Shown: positions 48,991-63,968 of the stretch, in pieces
How positions within the stretch are numbered: the first letter of the stretch is position 1
How the letters are laid out: every line of letters begins with the position of its first letter
Source of the DNA: Octopus bimaculoides
Lineage: Eukaryota
NCBI RefSeq assembly: GCF_001194135.2
Contig: NC_068982.1
Location: 163,791,886-163,855,885 of the forward strand
Direction: 5' to 3'
DNA: 64,000 bases
The notes under the pieces: model-generated
Database searches by the model: none
The model's input: the letters and a program-made list of their open reading frames with translations, nothing else
What the model was told of the DNA's origin: nothing
Translations under genes and position numbers: made by a program

Positions 48991-49881
48991 ATATATAATT
49001 AAATAAGAACATGGATAAAAACTTTGTAGTATGCTATGCAAAGTTCATCCACAGCTTATTGGCTACATGATGTCCTCATACAGTGGAAATTCTTTCACAA
49101 CTGGATCCTACTGTCATGACGGTAGAATCTTATAAAGAACTTATCTAAACAGTTACCCGAGGAGGCACATCTTATACCTTGCATGGTGGTATTGATAACA
49201 CAACATTACACCAATGTACTATGAATGTAAAAAGGTGTCAAAACAATTGTAGTGATTTTAAATAAAGAATGTTGTGCAATCCATTTTCTATCATTTATCT
49301 TTTTTACATATATATATTTGTGAAAGAATTTTTTCTATATCATATATCCCAGCCATTACCACTATCCACATTTTAACATAGGATTTGTTATGCATGCATG
49401 AGTGATTAGGTTTCCTCCAGCACTGTGCATTACCAATCATCATTGTCCTCTGTCATTTCCTTCATGAGATGCAAAACTTTAAGAGCATTCTTCACCACTT
49501 CATTCCAATTCTTCCTTGGTGTTCTTGCACATAGCATGTGTCTATGTGTCTATATGCTTACGTGTATACTTATGGATGTATATGTGTGTATGTGTATATA
49601 TACATACATGCATAAATGCATACATGCATATTTACATATACACACATATATATATGTGTGTGTTTGTGTGTTTGTTTCTGTGTGTATACATATGTATACA
49701 TGCATGTCTGTGTGTGATATGTGTGTTTTTACATATAAGTGTGTATACACACACACACATACACACACATGCACGGATATACATAAACACACATACACAC
49801 ACAAACTCTTATATATGAATAAATATGCATCTATAATGTACGATACATTATATTATATATACATGCGTGTGCGTGTGTGTG

Positions 49882-49931
<50 letters not shown>

Positions 49932-49953
49932 CATACACATATATATATGTCCA

Positions 49954-50004
<51 letters not shown>

Positions 50005-50690
50005 GCATATATACAAATATATATGCATGCAAATATATATATATATATATATACATGCATATATATATTATATATGCATGTGTATATACATATATATGTG
50101 ATTTACATGCATACACACTTGCACAAACACACATACAACCGCCCCTCCCACACACACACGTATCCCTGACAGACACTGACGCACATACACAAATACAGTA
50201 ATTGCATCAAATACTTCATGTTTAGGCTTTACGAATTTAGGAATTGCATTTTGGTAGCAGCATGTAATTTCCATTAATAACGAGTAGCAGAGAAGAAAAT
50301 CAGTAATTGGTGTTTTTGGATCTGCTCTAATAAATCTTAAAAGCATAAGTTTCTGATGGTTTCATGATAATGGGTTATATTTTGGCTTAGCTACCGAAAT
50401 CTAGCAAATGCAATGAGTCAGTTTTATGTTACATGTTTCAGTAATTTTCTTATGGAATATTAAATACCAAACTGTCCGACAGCTTATTTCAAATGAATAG
50501 TTTCATTCTTAGTTAGAAGTTTTGTGAGTGGATATCTTTTTAACCTTTCACCAAAGGTTAGTATATAGACAAAGAAAAAGAAGAAAAGAAAATGTTGTTA
50601 ATAATTAATTGCAACTAACTAAATGCATAACTAAATATACTAAATAAATTACTTAAATAACTGTCCTAACTAACTCACACACGCACACAC

Positions 50691-50736
<46 letters not shown>

Positions 50737-50754
50737 CATACATACATACATATA

Positions 50755-50790
<36 letters not shown>

Positions 50791-50845
50791 TGTATGTATA
50801 TCTATATATAAATATATGTAATACATGCATTCATACATATGTACA

Positions 50846-50889
<44 letters not shown>

Positions 50890-50895
50890 CATCTA

Positions 50896-52545
50896 TGTCA
50901 TCATCGTCGTTTAATGTCCGCTTTCCATGCTGGCATGGGTTGGACGGTTTGACTGAGGACTAGCGAGCCAGAAGGCTGCACCAGGCTCCAATCTGATCTG
51001 GCAAAGTTTCTACAGCTGGATGCCCTTCCTAACACCAACCACTCCGAGAGTGTAGTGGGTGCTTTTACATGCCACTGGCATGAGGGCCAGTCAGGCAGTG
51101 CTAGTAATGACCATACCCAAAAGATGTTTTTTATGTGCCATCTGCACGGGAGCCAATCAGGTGGCACTGGTGATGATCATGTTCGAATTTTGTTTTTCAT
51201 GTGTCACAGGCACATGTGTCACAGGCACATGTGCCAGTAAGGCAACGCTGGCAACGACCACACTCGAATGCTGCTTTTTACATGCCATAGGCATGGGAGC
51301 CAGTTAGCGACCTTGGCAGCGAACACGCTCAGAGGGTGCTTTTAATGTTCCACTGGCACGAGTTCCAATCAGGCGGTACTGTCATTGGCCATGTCAGTGA
51401 TTTTGATTTCACTTGCCCCAACAGGTCTTCACAAGCAAAGTTTACTGTCCAATGAATGAAGGTTACTCATAAGTGGGCTGGTTATACAGGCATAGGCCAC
51501 GAGTTATGGTCTCACTTGGCTTGTCGGGTCTTCTCAAGCACAGCGTATCTCCAAAGGTCTCGGTCACTAGTTATTGCCTCTGTGAGGCCCAATGTTCAAA
51601 GGTCATGCTTCACCACCTCATCCCAGGTCTTTCTGGGTTTACCTCTTCCACAGTTTCCCTCAACTGCTAAGGTGTGACACTTTTTCACACAGCTGTCCTC
51701 ATCCATACACAACACATGACCATACGAGCACAGTCATCTCTCTTGCACACCACACCTGATGCTTCTTAGGTCCAACTTTTCTCTCAGGTCACTTACACTC
51801 TGTCATGTATGCACACTGACATTACACATCCAGCGGAGCTTACTGGCTTCATTCCTTGCAAGTTTATGCATGTCCTCAGCAGTCACGACCCATATTTCAC
51901 TGCCATGTCGCATGGCTGTTTGTACACATGCGTCATACAGTGTACCTTTTACTCTGAGTGAGAAGCCTTTTGTCACCAGCAGAAGTAGGAGCTCCCTGAA
52001 CTTTGCCCAGGCTATTCTTATTCTAGCAACTACACTTTCAGAGCATCCTCCCCAACTACTGACTTGGTCACCTAGGTAACGGAAGCTCTCAACTATTTGT
52101 AGTTTTTCTCCCTGGAATGTGACAGACGTTGTTCTCTGCACATTTTCAGTGTTTATTGCTCCTGAGCATCTGCCACATAAAAAAATATCTACCCAGTTAA
52201 CCTTCCTTTGATATTGCTGCACCTCTTATGTGTCCATAGCCTACACTGGGTACATCTAATGGAGTTTCTACCTGTGCCTTTTCTACAGATTGAGCAGGGC
52301 CTCTACCTGAAGAGATTTATGGTTTGTCTGCCCTCCTACTTATTAAGATTTTGGTTTTAGCTAGGTTGACCCTAAGGCCCTTCAATTCTAATCCTTGCTT
52401 CCACACCTGAAACTTTTCCTCTAGTTCTGATAGTGACTCAGCAATTAGAGCAGGGTCATCAGCATAGAGGAGCTCCCAGGGGCATCCTGTCTTGAATTCC
52501 CCAATAATTGCCCGGAAGGCTATGATGAATAAGAGGGGGCTGATA
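50896..52545 (-). mobile_element. RTE LINE, 5'-truncated just before YADD, with five UTR modules
   Basis: GCPWELLYADDPALIA...VNLAKTKIL, Cys-rich insert, VESFRYLGD...IRIAWAKFREL, C-terminus and tail. Confidence 0.95.
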
Positions 52546-53090
52546 CAGATATACATACACACACACAACACACATACACACACACATATACATATATATA
52601 TATGTGCACATATAAATGTGTGTCTGTATATATATATATGTGTATGTATATGTAATGTATATATATGTGTGTGTGTGTATATATATATATATATCATCAT
52701 CATCATCATCATNNNNNNNNNNNNNNNNNNNNNNNNNNNNNNNNNNNNNNNNNNNNNNNNNNNNNNNNNNNNNNNNNNNNNNNNNNNNNNNNNNNNNNNN
52801 NNNNNNNNNNNNNNNNNNNNNNNNNNNNNNNNNNNNNNNNNNNNNNNNNNNNNNNNNNNNNNNNNNNNNNNNNNNNNNNNNNNNNNNNNNNNNNNNNNNN
52901 NNNNNNNNNNNNNNNNNNNNNNNNNNNNNNNNNNNNNNNNNNNNNNNNNNNNNNNNNNNNNNNNNNNNNNNNNNNNNNNNNNNNNNNNNNNNNNNNNNNN
53001 NNNNNNNNNNNNNNNNNNNNNNNNNNNNNNNNNNNNNNNNNNNNNNNNNNNNNNNNNNNNNNNNNNNNNNNNNNNNNNNNNNNNNNNNNN

Positions 53091-53345
53091 CTTCTCACGC
53101 ACAGCCCATTTCCAAAGGTCTCGGTCCGTAGTCATCGCCTCGGTGAGGCCCAATGTACGAAGGTCTTGCCTCACCACCTCAGCCCAGGTCTTCCTGGGCC
53201 TACCTCTTCCACGGGTTCCCTCAACTGTTAGGGTGTGGCACTTTTTCACGCAGCTATCCTCCTCCATTCTCACCACATGTCCATACCAGCGCAATCGTCT
53301 CTCTTGCACGCCACAACTGATGCTTCTAATGTTCAGCTTTTTCAG
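53091..53345 (-). mobile_element. RTE LINE C-terminal fragment, frame intact
   Basis: QERRLRWYGHVVRMEEDSCVKKCHTLTVEGTRGRGRPRKTWAEVVRQDLRTLGLTEAMTTDRDLWKWAVREK. Confidence 0.95.
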
Positions 53346-56066
53346 CTTTTTCTCTCAAGAGATGATATATTCGAATTTATAGAAGCATTATGAAATCATT
53401 AATGTTATTAAATGCAATACATTTCCAGACTAGTTTGACACCCAATTACTAATTGAAAACATAACGACAATTAATCATTTAATAATAATTTTTATGAAAA
53501 ATCGAACTATCTCTACATCTGTCAGAAACCATAAAAAATGTTCAGCTTCCTTATTGAGTGGAAAACGAACACTTTTCAATGGCATTATAGCCACAACATG
53601 AAACGATGTATGAAATAGCTGCACAGAGACTAGGTTGAATTGTGTAGCTAATATATATAGCAATCTCTCAATCTGTTGCCTTGGAATTATAATGAAACGC
53701 ATGGGTTTCTTGAATGTGGTGGCTTTCTTGAATTATTTCTTATGGGAAGGTAATGTGTATATTATATATGTTTAGCAATTGAAGAAGCCTGGTCTCCATG
53801 GGTATGGTGAACTAAATATTAATGAACCCTGAAAATTTTGTCCATCCTAGATATACTCTTAGCAAGACAAAAGAAAATATTGTGCATGATACCCATTGGC
53901 AGAAGTCCATTCTGAATCATTTAGTTGTTTCAGTAACAGATATCTTTTTATTTTCTTTTTTTTCCCCTGTATAGCAAAGACAAATAATTACCATTACTAA
54001 ATAATTATCATCACCATTGTTATTAATGATGTTTGAATTACTTTATTGAAGCTCTTGTGGTAGTATTTTCTTAAGGCATTTGAAATGATAGAATTTTCTC
54101 AAGCAATGCAGTTTTGATTCCCATTTAACATGCATTTCTCTGGTTGAGTGGGAAAAAAAATGACAATACTCTTTTTAGTGTTTCTCATATTGGTATTCTA
54201 CTGGTATATGGAGACAGCAAAAGAGGCAATAGCAGTTATTAGTGCTGTGGAGCAAGCAACAACATTTATATCAAGAGCATCAGCAGCCATGATTTTTCAA
54301 TGCTTTTGCAGATTCCCATGACTCTCTGTGGCCATCCAATTCCATTATCATGAATTTGAATTGAGAGCTTGTGTCATAGTGAATCTTTCAATAGCTGATT
54401 ACATAACGATGGACATTACCCCTATGGATTCATTGCAATTATTCTCTTGATAGAGCTTGGTTATCCTGACTGTTAACCTTCTAGGATTCCTCTGCCCAGC
54501 ATCAATCTAAGAAGCACTGATGGCTCAGTTGAGCTCTTCTGCTACCTCTTCAAAATTCACCATGCTGCAGTCTCATGACTTTACCATATATCTTTGGCAG
54601 GGTGACTGAATGAGTGCTATGTCTTGCCAAACGGCAACCTGTAACTATGTAGGGCACAGTCATTACTCCATGAGGTATTTTCATAATACCCACATACCCA
54701 ACAATACTGTAAATATATTAGTGACTACAGAAACAGAAACTGTAATAACAACATCAGTGCTTAGTGCAATGTAATCATCATCATCAATAACAGCGATAAC
54801 AATGACAACAGTAGTTATGACAACAATGACAAGAAGAAGAAGAAGAAGATATTCTCACAAGTAACTGAGAAACATACAAAGATAAAGTTAATTTGATGTT
54901 CAAAAGATGAAGCAGTTCATATTCAGAATAGATAATGTTAATTAATTCATTGTGTTCTCCATAGCATTTTTGAATAATTAAAATCTTGTGCACTTAAAAT
55001 GTTCTTCACTATTCTCTTTTATATTCACCTTGTAACCTGAGAGTATGTTCTGACACCTTGTCATCACCATCTTTAGCTTTCTTTCTAGCTGCTCCCATCT
55101 ACACTTACATAATGCGTGGTAATCATATATCTTCTCTAGAGAAAGATGTCTGTTTCTGTCCTGTCATAATTTATCCTCTCAACATCTGCATAAGGCCACA
55201 TCCTTCTTTACTACACATTCACTCACTTGAGGGGTCTTGTCTTGTTAGTTACTTGTTGACCTCATGCTAGTGTCACTAAAAGAGCACCCAGTACATTCAG
55301 TAAAGTGGTTGGTATTAAGAAGAGCATCCAACTATAGAAACCATTTCAAAATAGACATTGGAACTTGATGCAGTTCTCTGGCTTGTTGGGTGCTATCAAA
55401 CTGTCCAACTCATTACAGCATACAAGATGGATATTAAATTATGATGATAAGGTATATTTTTTTAATAAGCATGGAATTTTAGCCTTACTAAGAAATGTAA
55501 ACTAAGTGGTTATACTACAGGTTTTATTTTTCCATGGGAAGAAAAACAAGTTATCTTGTTAAGTCTTCATCAGATAAAGAATATGAAAAACTAGAAACTG
55601 GTCAGCTTAACCACATTATTTTCTGCTGACATAGAAATAAAGTATGTGGATAAGCACTTTGTTTGCTATTGACAGCAAGGCTAAAATTATTTATTTATTT
55701 AAAGATATATCCTATATTTCAAATTATCAAAAAACCCTGTGTAGTGAACTATGAATGAATGAATTAATCTATGTTGTCAGTGCATGCAGTGTAATGTAAA
55801 TTAGACAGACTAGAGAAATGATGAATATTCTTTCTCTGGTGAATATCTATGAAGATTAAAAGCAAGTCAGGTCTTTTTGAACCTACTTTATTTACTTTTT
55901 GAGGCTAGGTTAAAATTTTATTTATGAAAAAATGCATACCTTATGTTTGAAATTATTTACAGGAAGTGGTAACAAGTAACATAGGATAGTACTTCCTGCT
56001 GCCAGTGAAGAAAATAACTATAAAAAAATAAATCAAAGATAAGGTAATATGACAAATGATGTTAGA

Positions 56067-57200
56067 TACAAGGTGCATTCCAGAAATTTTGAGACTTTAA
56101 CTGGAGAGACATTTATTAATTTCAAACATTTGAATCTCCTTCATAGCAGGAACATCTGACATCAATGCACATGTGGTAGAGCTCCAGCCATTTCCAGAAG
56201 GCCCCCATGGAAGTCCTCCAAAGGGACCTTTGTCACAGCCTCCTTCATCTTCAAAATGACTGCCTCTGAGGTTCTCCTTCAGCTTGGGGAATAACCAAAA
56301 GTTGCAGAGAGCAGGACCTGGACTGTAAAGAGGGTGAGGGGCAGTTTTGATGCCTAAGTCTCTGTCAAGTATTTGGTTACCAGGATGGAATCATGGACTG
56401 GTGCATTGTCCTGGTGCTGGTGTCACTGACCATAGTGGAAGAGCTCTGGCCTTTTACGACAAAATCTCTTCCTAAACTCCCTCAAAATCTTCACAGAGTA
56501 CTCTTTATTAACAATCTGGCCAGAGGGAACCCAATGGATGTAGACAATGCCCTTACTGATAAAAAAGGTGATCATCATGGGCTTCCTTGTGAATTTGTTT
56601 TGCCTGACCTTCTTGTGTCTGGGGTAGCCAGGATGCTTCAATTGGGCAGTCTGTCTTTTAGTCTCTGGATCATAGCACTAAATCCATCTTTTATCACAGG
56701 TCACCAGAAACTCAAGTATCCTTGGATTGGAGATAATGTGCTCAACTATTCCCCTGCTATCACGAACATGTCTTTCTTTCTGTTCATCACCGAGCACCCT
56801 GGGAACAAACTTTACACAAATTTCACAAGTGTAGATCTTCACAAATAATTCTGTGTGCAGTTGCCACACTAATTCCAAACTGTATGCTTATTGTCTTTAT
56901 AGACACATGATGGTCTTCATCTAGAAAATTGGGAATTTTCTCAACCAGCTCTGATGTTCTGACGTTCCTCTTCCTCCCACACCTCTCATCATCTCTCACC
57001 TCTTCTCTACAGATCTTGAACTTCTTGTGCCAATGAAAAACCGATGTTCAGCTCATACAAGTTAATCCATAAGCAGTCTTAAGCATTTCTTAAGTTACTG
57101 TAGCGTTTGTGCCAAGTGTAACACAAAACTTTATTGAATAGTGAGCTTCCAAATAACCTTCATGTCCCAACTGCTTTCTGCAAACTAGTCAGCTGTGACA
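56067..57200 (-). mobile_element. Decayed mariner
   Basis: One TIR-like end TACAAGGTGCATTCCAGAAATTTTGAGACT. Motifs KFVPRVL, VTCDKRW, HQDNAPVH and YSPGPALCN; the second TIR was not found. Confidence 0.85.
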
Positions 57201-57459
57201 AGCAGTGTTTAGTAGGGGTCTGTTCAAAGTGTTGTTGTATCTGTCTCCTTCAATCAAAAAGTTACCAAGTCAACTTGTTAAATACCTAGCAATGATACAC
57301 TAAAATTACAATAATCTAGGGCAGTTACAACTGTCTCTCCTGTTATACGACAATGAAAGGTGTGTTTAAAGTGCTCATTGGTCTAGGTGAATCACTACTT
57401 CTTGAAAGTTGTGGTTTTTAATATAGGAACAAGGCCAGTAATTCTGAGACGGTAATTAT

Positions 57460-57605
57460 TACTTGACTAATACTCTATTTTATTGACCCTAGAAGAATGA
57501 AAGGTAAAGTTGACCTTAGTGGGATTTGAACCCAGGATGTAAAAACTGGAAGAAACATCATGAAGCATTTTGTCAGGTGGCCTATCAATTCTGCCAGTCC
57601 ACCAC
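57460..57605 (-). mobile_element. Degenerate SINE family B
   Basis: TATTGACCCTAGAAGAATGAAAGGTAAAGTTGACCTTAGTGGGATTTGAACCC...ATTCTGCCAG. Confidence 0.75.
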
Positions 57606-59253
57606 ACTTAATTTTCAATAATGAGCTATTAGTTTGATAAGATAGTCATCTCTTGTTCCTTCTGGTGTTAATGTCTCAAGCTTTTACTGTTGGAGATGAA
57701 AATAGAGCAGAGAGAATCTGCTCATTTGAAGTATAAGATCTTATCTTTATTTACAAAATACATATCTGCGGAGCAAATAAGAGAACCTATATATGGTTTA
57801 TCACCCTGCTAGAAATAAAAGTAAAACTTTCCTGAAATCATAGTCTACTGTCATGTAAGTGTACTTATAAATACACAATATCTAACAAAATGAAATATAT
57901 AAAATGCAATAAGACTATATATATATCGCTTTAAACATCACAAAAATAAAGATATTTGTATACACCAGTCTAGAAGTGCTGAAGGTGTACAAAATGATGA
58001 TAAAAGAAAATAATGTTTTGAAGTAGCAAAATCATTAGTGTCAGGTAAAGCACTTTATGATATCTGTTGTGACTCTCTGAGTTCAAATACAAGTAAGTTG
58101 ACTTTTACCTTCATCCCACCCAGGATAAATAAATTTCCCTCAGATTTCTTCCTACTTTCTTTAGAAAGGAAGAACAGATTAGATAATACAATTTTAGATG
58201 AATCAAGTTGGAATAAAAGCATGTGTGGGTCATGTTGACTGGAACATCTTTCATTATACGTCTCTGGAACAAGAATGACTTCAGGTTAAAAAGCAACAAC
58301 TAATAATTAATTTATCAATCTCAAGATGATTATACTCAATATTGACCTCATTGATATTTGAGTTTAAGATTAAATAGTCTGAGGTGTTTAATTTCTTTCC
58401 TGAATACAAAATCAATCCTTTAAGATCTATAATGAATATTTACACAGTCATTTACACCTTTTTTAAAAACACTTGACATTTACATAAAACACTGATCTCC
58501 AATGCTCTTCATTGAGTTGAAGAAATAATTTGCTTTGCCATGAAACATTTTTCTTTTTTTTCAACAATTTTTATTACATAACATTTTAAGTTGAGTTTAT
58601 TGTGGACCTTGAAGTAAAACCTTTCCAAGTTTTACAAGTTTTTAACTGAAAAGTCAACTTCCGTATAGTAGGTTTATAACATATTTAAAAAAAAATTATA
58701 TTAAAGACACATTGCATTTTAGAAAGTTAAGTCAAGGTTGAAAATATTCCTGTTTGTCTGATAAATTTCATCTTGCTGATGCTATTAATATCATAACCTT
58801 TGTCTTCTTATATTTAGCAGCAGCACTGATACAGTAGAGAAATAATCAAAAATAAATAATATAAAAAAATGAGAAAACAGTATGACATGATGCTTGCATT
58901 GGTTGGTGTAAGTAGTAAATTATTATGTTGAGAATACAAAACTTAAACAAAATCAGACACGACTGCAAGCTGATAAAAACGCTATCTTATTCAAATAATA
59001 TATATGTATGTATGTATGTACATATGTATGTACGTACGTATGTATTGTATGTATGTATGTATGTATGTATGTATGTATGTATGCGTGCATGCATGTATGT
59101 ATATGTGTATGTGTGTCTGTATTTCTAAGCATATATATCTATATTTATATATGTGTGTGTGTTTATATATGTATGTACGTATAAATGTATATATGTATAT
59201 ATATATGTATATATGTATATATGTATGTATATATATATATGTATATGTGTACA

Positions 59254-59345
<92 letters not shown>

Positions 59346-60068
59346 TATATATATGTATGTATATGTGTATGTACGTGTGTATGTATATATGACACATATA
59401 CATATCTCTATATACATCTACATGCATGCACACATACACACATACATACATATGTATGTATATATAGGTGAGCATACATGGATGTATATATATGGTGTTA
59501 CTTTTGCTTATGCTTTTAAATAAATTGAAGTGATGAATCTTGCTTCAAAGTGTAGGAACAGAAAAATACATTAACTTTTAATCTTGCATAACGAAAGAAC
59601 AAATGAAAAGCTCAAGTTAGAAAGAAAAGTGATAAAGAAAATCCAAAAGAAATCTTAAAGGTAAAAACCATAATAAAACAAGACAAATAATGATGTACAA
59701 AAAAGATAAAATGAATGATATGGAATTTTTCATGAAGTTTCAATATAAAGTACATGTGTGAATCTTTTAACATAAAGCAAATATATGTATGTATGTATGT
59801 GTGTGTGTGTATGTATGTGTGTTTGTGTGTGTGTATGCAAGTATGTATATGTATATATATGTGTGTGTGTGTTTGTGTGGGAAAAATTATACTTCAAATG
59901 TACATGTGTATGCATTATCATGTATATATTAATACAATATTCTACACACATGTACACACACACGTATACATACATATACACATATATACATACATACTTA
60001 TGTATGTGCATGCATGCATACATATACATACACACATACATACATACATACATACATACACACATACA

Positions 60069-60103
<35 letters not shown>

Positions 60104-60837
60104 TTATATTTACATACATATATATCAACACAAAGGAAAAACCGAAATATATTGAGAAGCACCTGGCATTAAAGAAAAGAAAATACCAGTTTGTTAATGA
60201 AAGTCAGGTATTATTATGTTAAAGTAACATTAGACTTTGTATGTTTGAGTTTGCAAGATTACAAAGGATGAAGAAAGTGAAAGTTTTGGGAAAAATTTCT
60301 AACATGTTACTTAGAATTTTGTGGCTGGTAGATATGATTTTAAGAGATTAGAAACTTAGTTTGACATAAGTCTGTCTGTTCAATATAAAACTAAGAACAC
60401 AACTGCAAGGACATATTCTTTGAGTGTGTAAGTACCTTAAAGTAGTTGTATCTTGGGTCAGCAACACTTATTTGATTTTCCATTGTTGAGTTATTTTCTT
60501 TTGCTTACTTCACATAGCTGTATCAAGTTGACTGTGAGTGTATGTGTGTTTGTGGGTGTGACAATGAATGAGCCTCTACATGAGATAATAGGGGTGCCTT
60601 TGGATGGTTGTTTGGTCTTTCAGAAATAGCAGCCAGGTTTATTTCAAACCATTCCCTGTACTTATTAGAAAGAAAGAACATATATGATAATGTATTTGGT
60701 GGAGGTCATACTGCCATTGAAAACATGCTGGCTATGTTTCCCTTCAATTTTGTTAACAATGATTTAGATAATTAATCATTAAACAATAGTAATAAATTAT
60801 CGTATTGGAAATAAAACTGAAGTGAAACATAACCAGT

Positions 60838-61290
60838 ATCATCATCATCATCATCGTTTAACACCCTCTTTCCATGCTGGCATGGATTGGATGGTTTGAC
60901 TGGAGATTGGCGAGCTAGAAGGCTGCACCAGGCTCCAATCTGATCTGGCAGAGTTTCTACAACTGGATGCCCTTCCTAACGCCAACCACTCCGAGAGTGT
61001 AGTGGGTGATTTTATGTGCCACCGGCATGAGGGCCAGTCAGGCAGCACTGGCAATGGCCATGCTCAAATGGTATTTTTACGTGTCACCTGTACAGGTGCC
61101 AGTCCAGCAGCACTGGCAACGCCCTCGCTCGAATGCTGTTTCTCACGTACCACCAGCACAAGTGCCAGTAAAGCAACGGTGGTATGTCACCTGCACAGGA
61201 GCTAGTCCAGCAGCACTGGCAATGCCCTTGCTCGAATGCTGTTTTTCACATACTACCAGCACAAGTGCCAGTAAGGCGACATGTGTTTTT
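60838..61290 (-). mobile_element. RTE 3' UTR with a 103-bp internal tandem duplication
   Basis: Tail CATCATCGTTTAACACCCTCTTTCCATGCTGGCATGG; duplicated units start at 61082 and 61185. Confidence 0.88.
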
Positions 61291-61880
61291 AATGACAGTA
61301 TGGCCCTCTCAAAATACAACAATATCAGTTTCAACACACATTTCCACATCAAGAATCTTGCAAATCAAATACAAAAATGTAATATTAGATAATGTATTCC
61401 CAGACACATTATGACTGAAAACAGAAAATGAGATAGCAATGGCTAGAATACTTTTAGCCACCAGTATGTTCAATCAAGGTCAGGTAGCAATAACAATGAA
61501 TCCTTGCGGCTGATCCAATGAACCATTACAAAAGATAGATATAGAAGTACAACTGGTTGTTGTTGAGAGCTGATAGTCAGTAACATATTTACAAGGGTCT
61601 CTGTGGTGTTCAGTCTGAAAATATCTTATTGTTGAATGGTTCACCAAGTACTGGTTAACAAATTGATATTTCATACCTTCTCATTTATGCTGACCTGTAT
61701 CCATGCACAGTGACATATTAACTGGTCAACCTAAGTTAAAGTACTTTGTAGAGCTACTTACCATCGTTGGAAGCAAAGGTGGCAGTGATGTGTTTTTGTG
61801 TTTTTGTGTTTCATTTGTGAGCAACAAAGCTAAGTGTCCTTTCATGAGTTAAGCACACACAAATATATCTATATATATCT

Positions 61881-61911
<31 letters not shown>

Positions 61912-63324
61912 TATAGAGAGAGAGAGGGGGGGGAGAAAGAGAAAGAGTGAGAAATGAGGTTTACTTGATTGATTCTCACATCATGAGGACAAAGGTATAT
62001 AACTGTGTCCCTGTGACCCAATAGTTTATAACGTTGACATTCCTACCAAAATGTTTGAATAACTTATTTATTGACCAGTGTTTGAATATTCATTGAAGCA
62101 AGTATAAACTATGGGATTTCATGATTGTGATCAATCATAGCTCCATCTTGTGTAATGGATTGTATGCATAATACTGTAGTGTTTAGGATGTCAACAGCTG
62201 CAACAACAACAGCAACAACAGTAACAACATATGCAGCAACAATCGTAGTACAGTAACAACGGTAGTACAATAATAAAAAAAATAACAAAATTATGTTATT
62301 GCTCAAAAATACCTGATGTGTTTTATTTCATAGAATTATATTGACTCTAAGAATAACGGTGACTTCATTTGATTCCTACTGAACAGAATTGAATTATTTG
62401 AGATCTGTCATTGATAGCAAACTACACGAGATCAGATCAATATATTTGAACAATGTTACAGCTTTGAGCCAGCTTCTTTATATAAACAACATTTCTGAAC
62501 AATGAAATATGTTTGGACAGATGTGAAAAAGAGAAAGAAAAAAAATGAAGTCTATATTTCTTGCTGTTGAATATGTATAAGTCTGAGGCTCTCTTTGTAG
62601 TCACTTGACCTCTCAATGCAGTAGTTAGGTCTTCTTTTCTTTGCATCTTTGAAATTGTAGACTTGTATTTAAGGCTGAGGACAGTATGCTCATAATAATG
62701 TATATCACCATAAAACCAGGCTGCCCAAAGAACTTGAACCAGTGAGAAAGGTTATGATTAGTTGGAATTATAAACTGAATGGTAGAGATTGTTGTTATTG
62801 CTGTTCTTGTTTAATTCCAGGTCAACCATGGTCTAGCAAATCTATAAAGACATACATCTGAGCTGTGATTATCTTGTCTTCTTAGAGGTATTTTGGGTAG
62901 TATTATCCAATATGGAGTTTGCTTGAAAGAAATTTACTCGCTAATAGGACCAGATTGTGCAGTCATGTAAAAGCTCTCTTGGCTTGTGCATACATCTCTA
63001 CTGTGAGATGTTATAGTTTCAGGCTATATTTTTAGTCAGAGAAGAAATGAAGATATTTGACCTGGCAGCTAACAATCAACAAATTCAGCAATTTTCCCCT
63101 CACACTATATATTTTATTTTAAATATGCCTTCAATAAAAGTAAGAATGTGGCAATAAAACTGATCTGGTCATAGATAAAAGGGCTGATTAGCTGAAAGCA
63201 GTTCTGTTTCCACAGATTTTGTTACTGCATTGCAGACAATCAGAAATACTTTATTAAGCTATGTTAAACTGTCAGTACTGTGAGTAAGATGTGCCAAGAT
63301 TTAAAAGTGAGAATGATTTAAGGT

Positions 63325-63539
63325 TTGACCTTTTAGCTTTTAAACTGACCATATCTGGCCCAAATTTGCTACCTGTTTTATGTTCTAACCAGCCAGATCC
63401 AGCCTACCAATGCCATTCTAAAAATATATACTCGCATCATCAGGATTTTGAAGCTACAAAATAATGCTTGATTAATTAAAGACAGTGAGAATGGAAAAGC
63501 ATTACATTTGACAGAATAAACTGAATGCTAAAGAGTTAA
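63325..63539. mobile_element. piggyBac-like MITE (TTAA-CCCTTT type ends, degenerate)
   Basis: Left end TTGACCTTTTAGCTTT versus reverse complement of the right end TTAACTCTTTAGCATT; about 215 bp. Confidence 0.65.
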
Positions 63540-63769
63540 GACTTAAAAAGGTGATAATCATTTTAACATTGGTAAAGTGTTTGAGGAGAGAATGTTTATT
63601 TTTACTCTAAATAGGCTGAGCACACTACACAAATGTTCCTTTACTAGCTGTTGTCATTTAAATTCAGTGCAGTCCTCAACAAGTAGACGTATTAACAAAT
63701 GTGTTTTGATCATGAGTATTCCATACTTTTTATATATTACTTGACAGTTTCTGGTCACATATATTCTTT

Positions 63770-63895
63770 TATTTGTACTTATTCTATCAGTCTGTTTTGC
63801 CGAACTGCTAAGTTATGGGGACATAAACACCCTAGCATCAGTTGTCAAGTGATGTTGGGGTGGGGGGACAAACACACATATACAAACATATACAC

Positions 63896-63968
<73 letters not shown>

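Noticed and set aside
52317-53309. 330-aa minus-strand ORF with RTE motifs at both ends
   Set aside because: A chimera across an N gap and microsatellite; the RTE C-terminus precedes the RT motif, so these are two separate copies.
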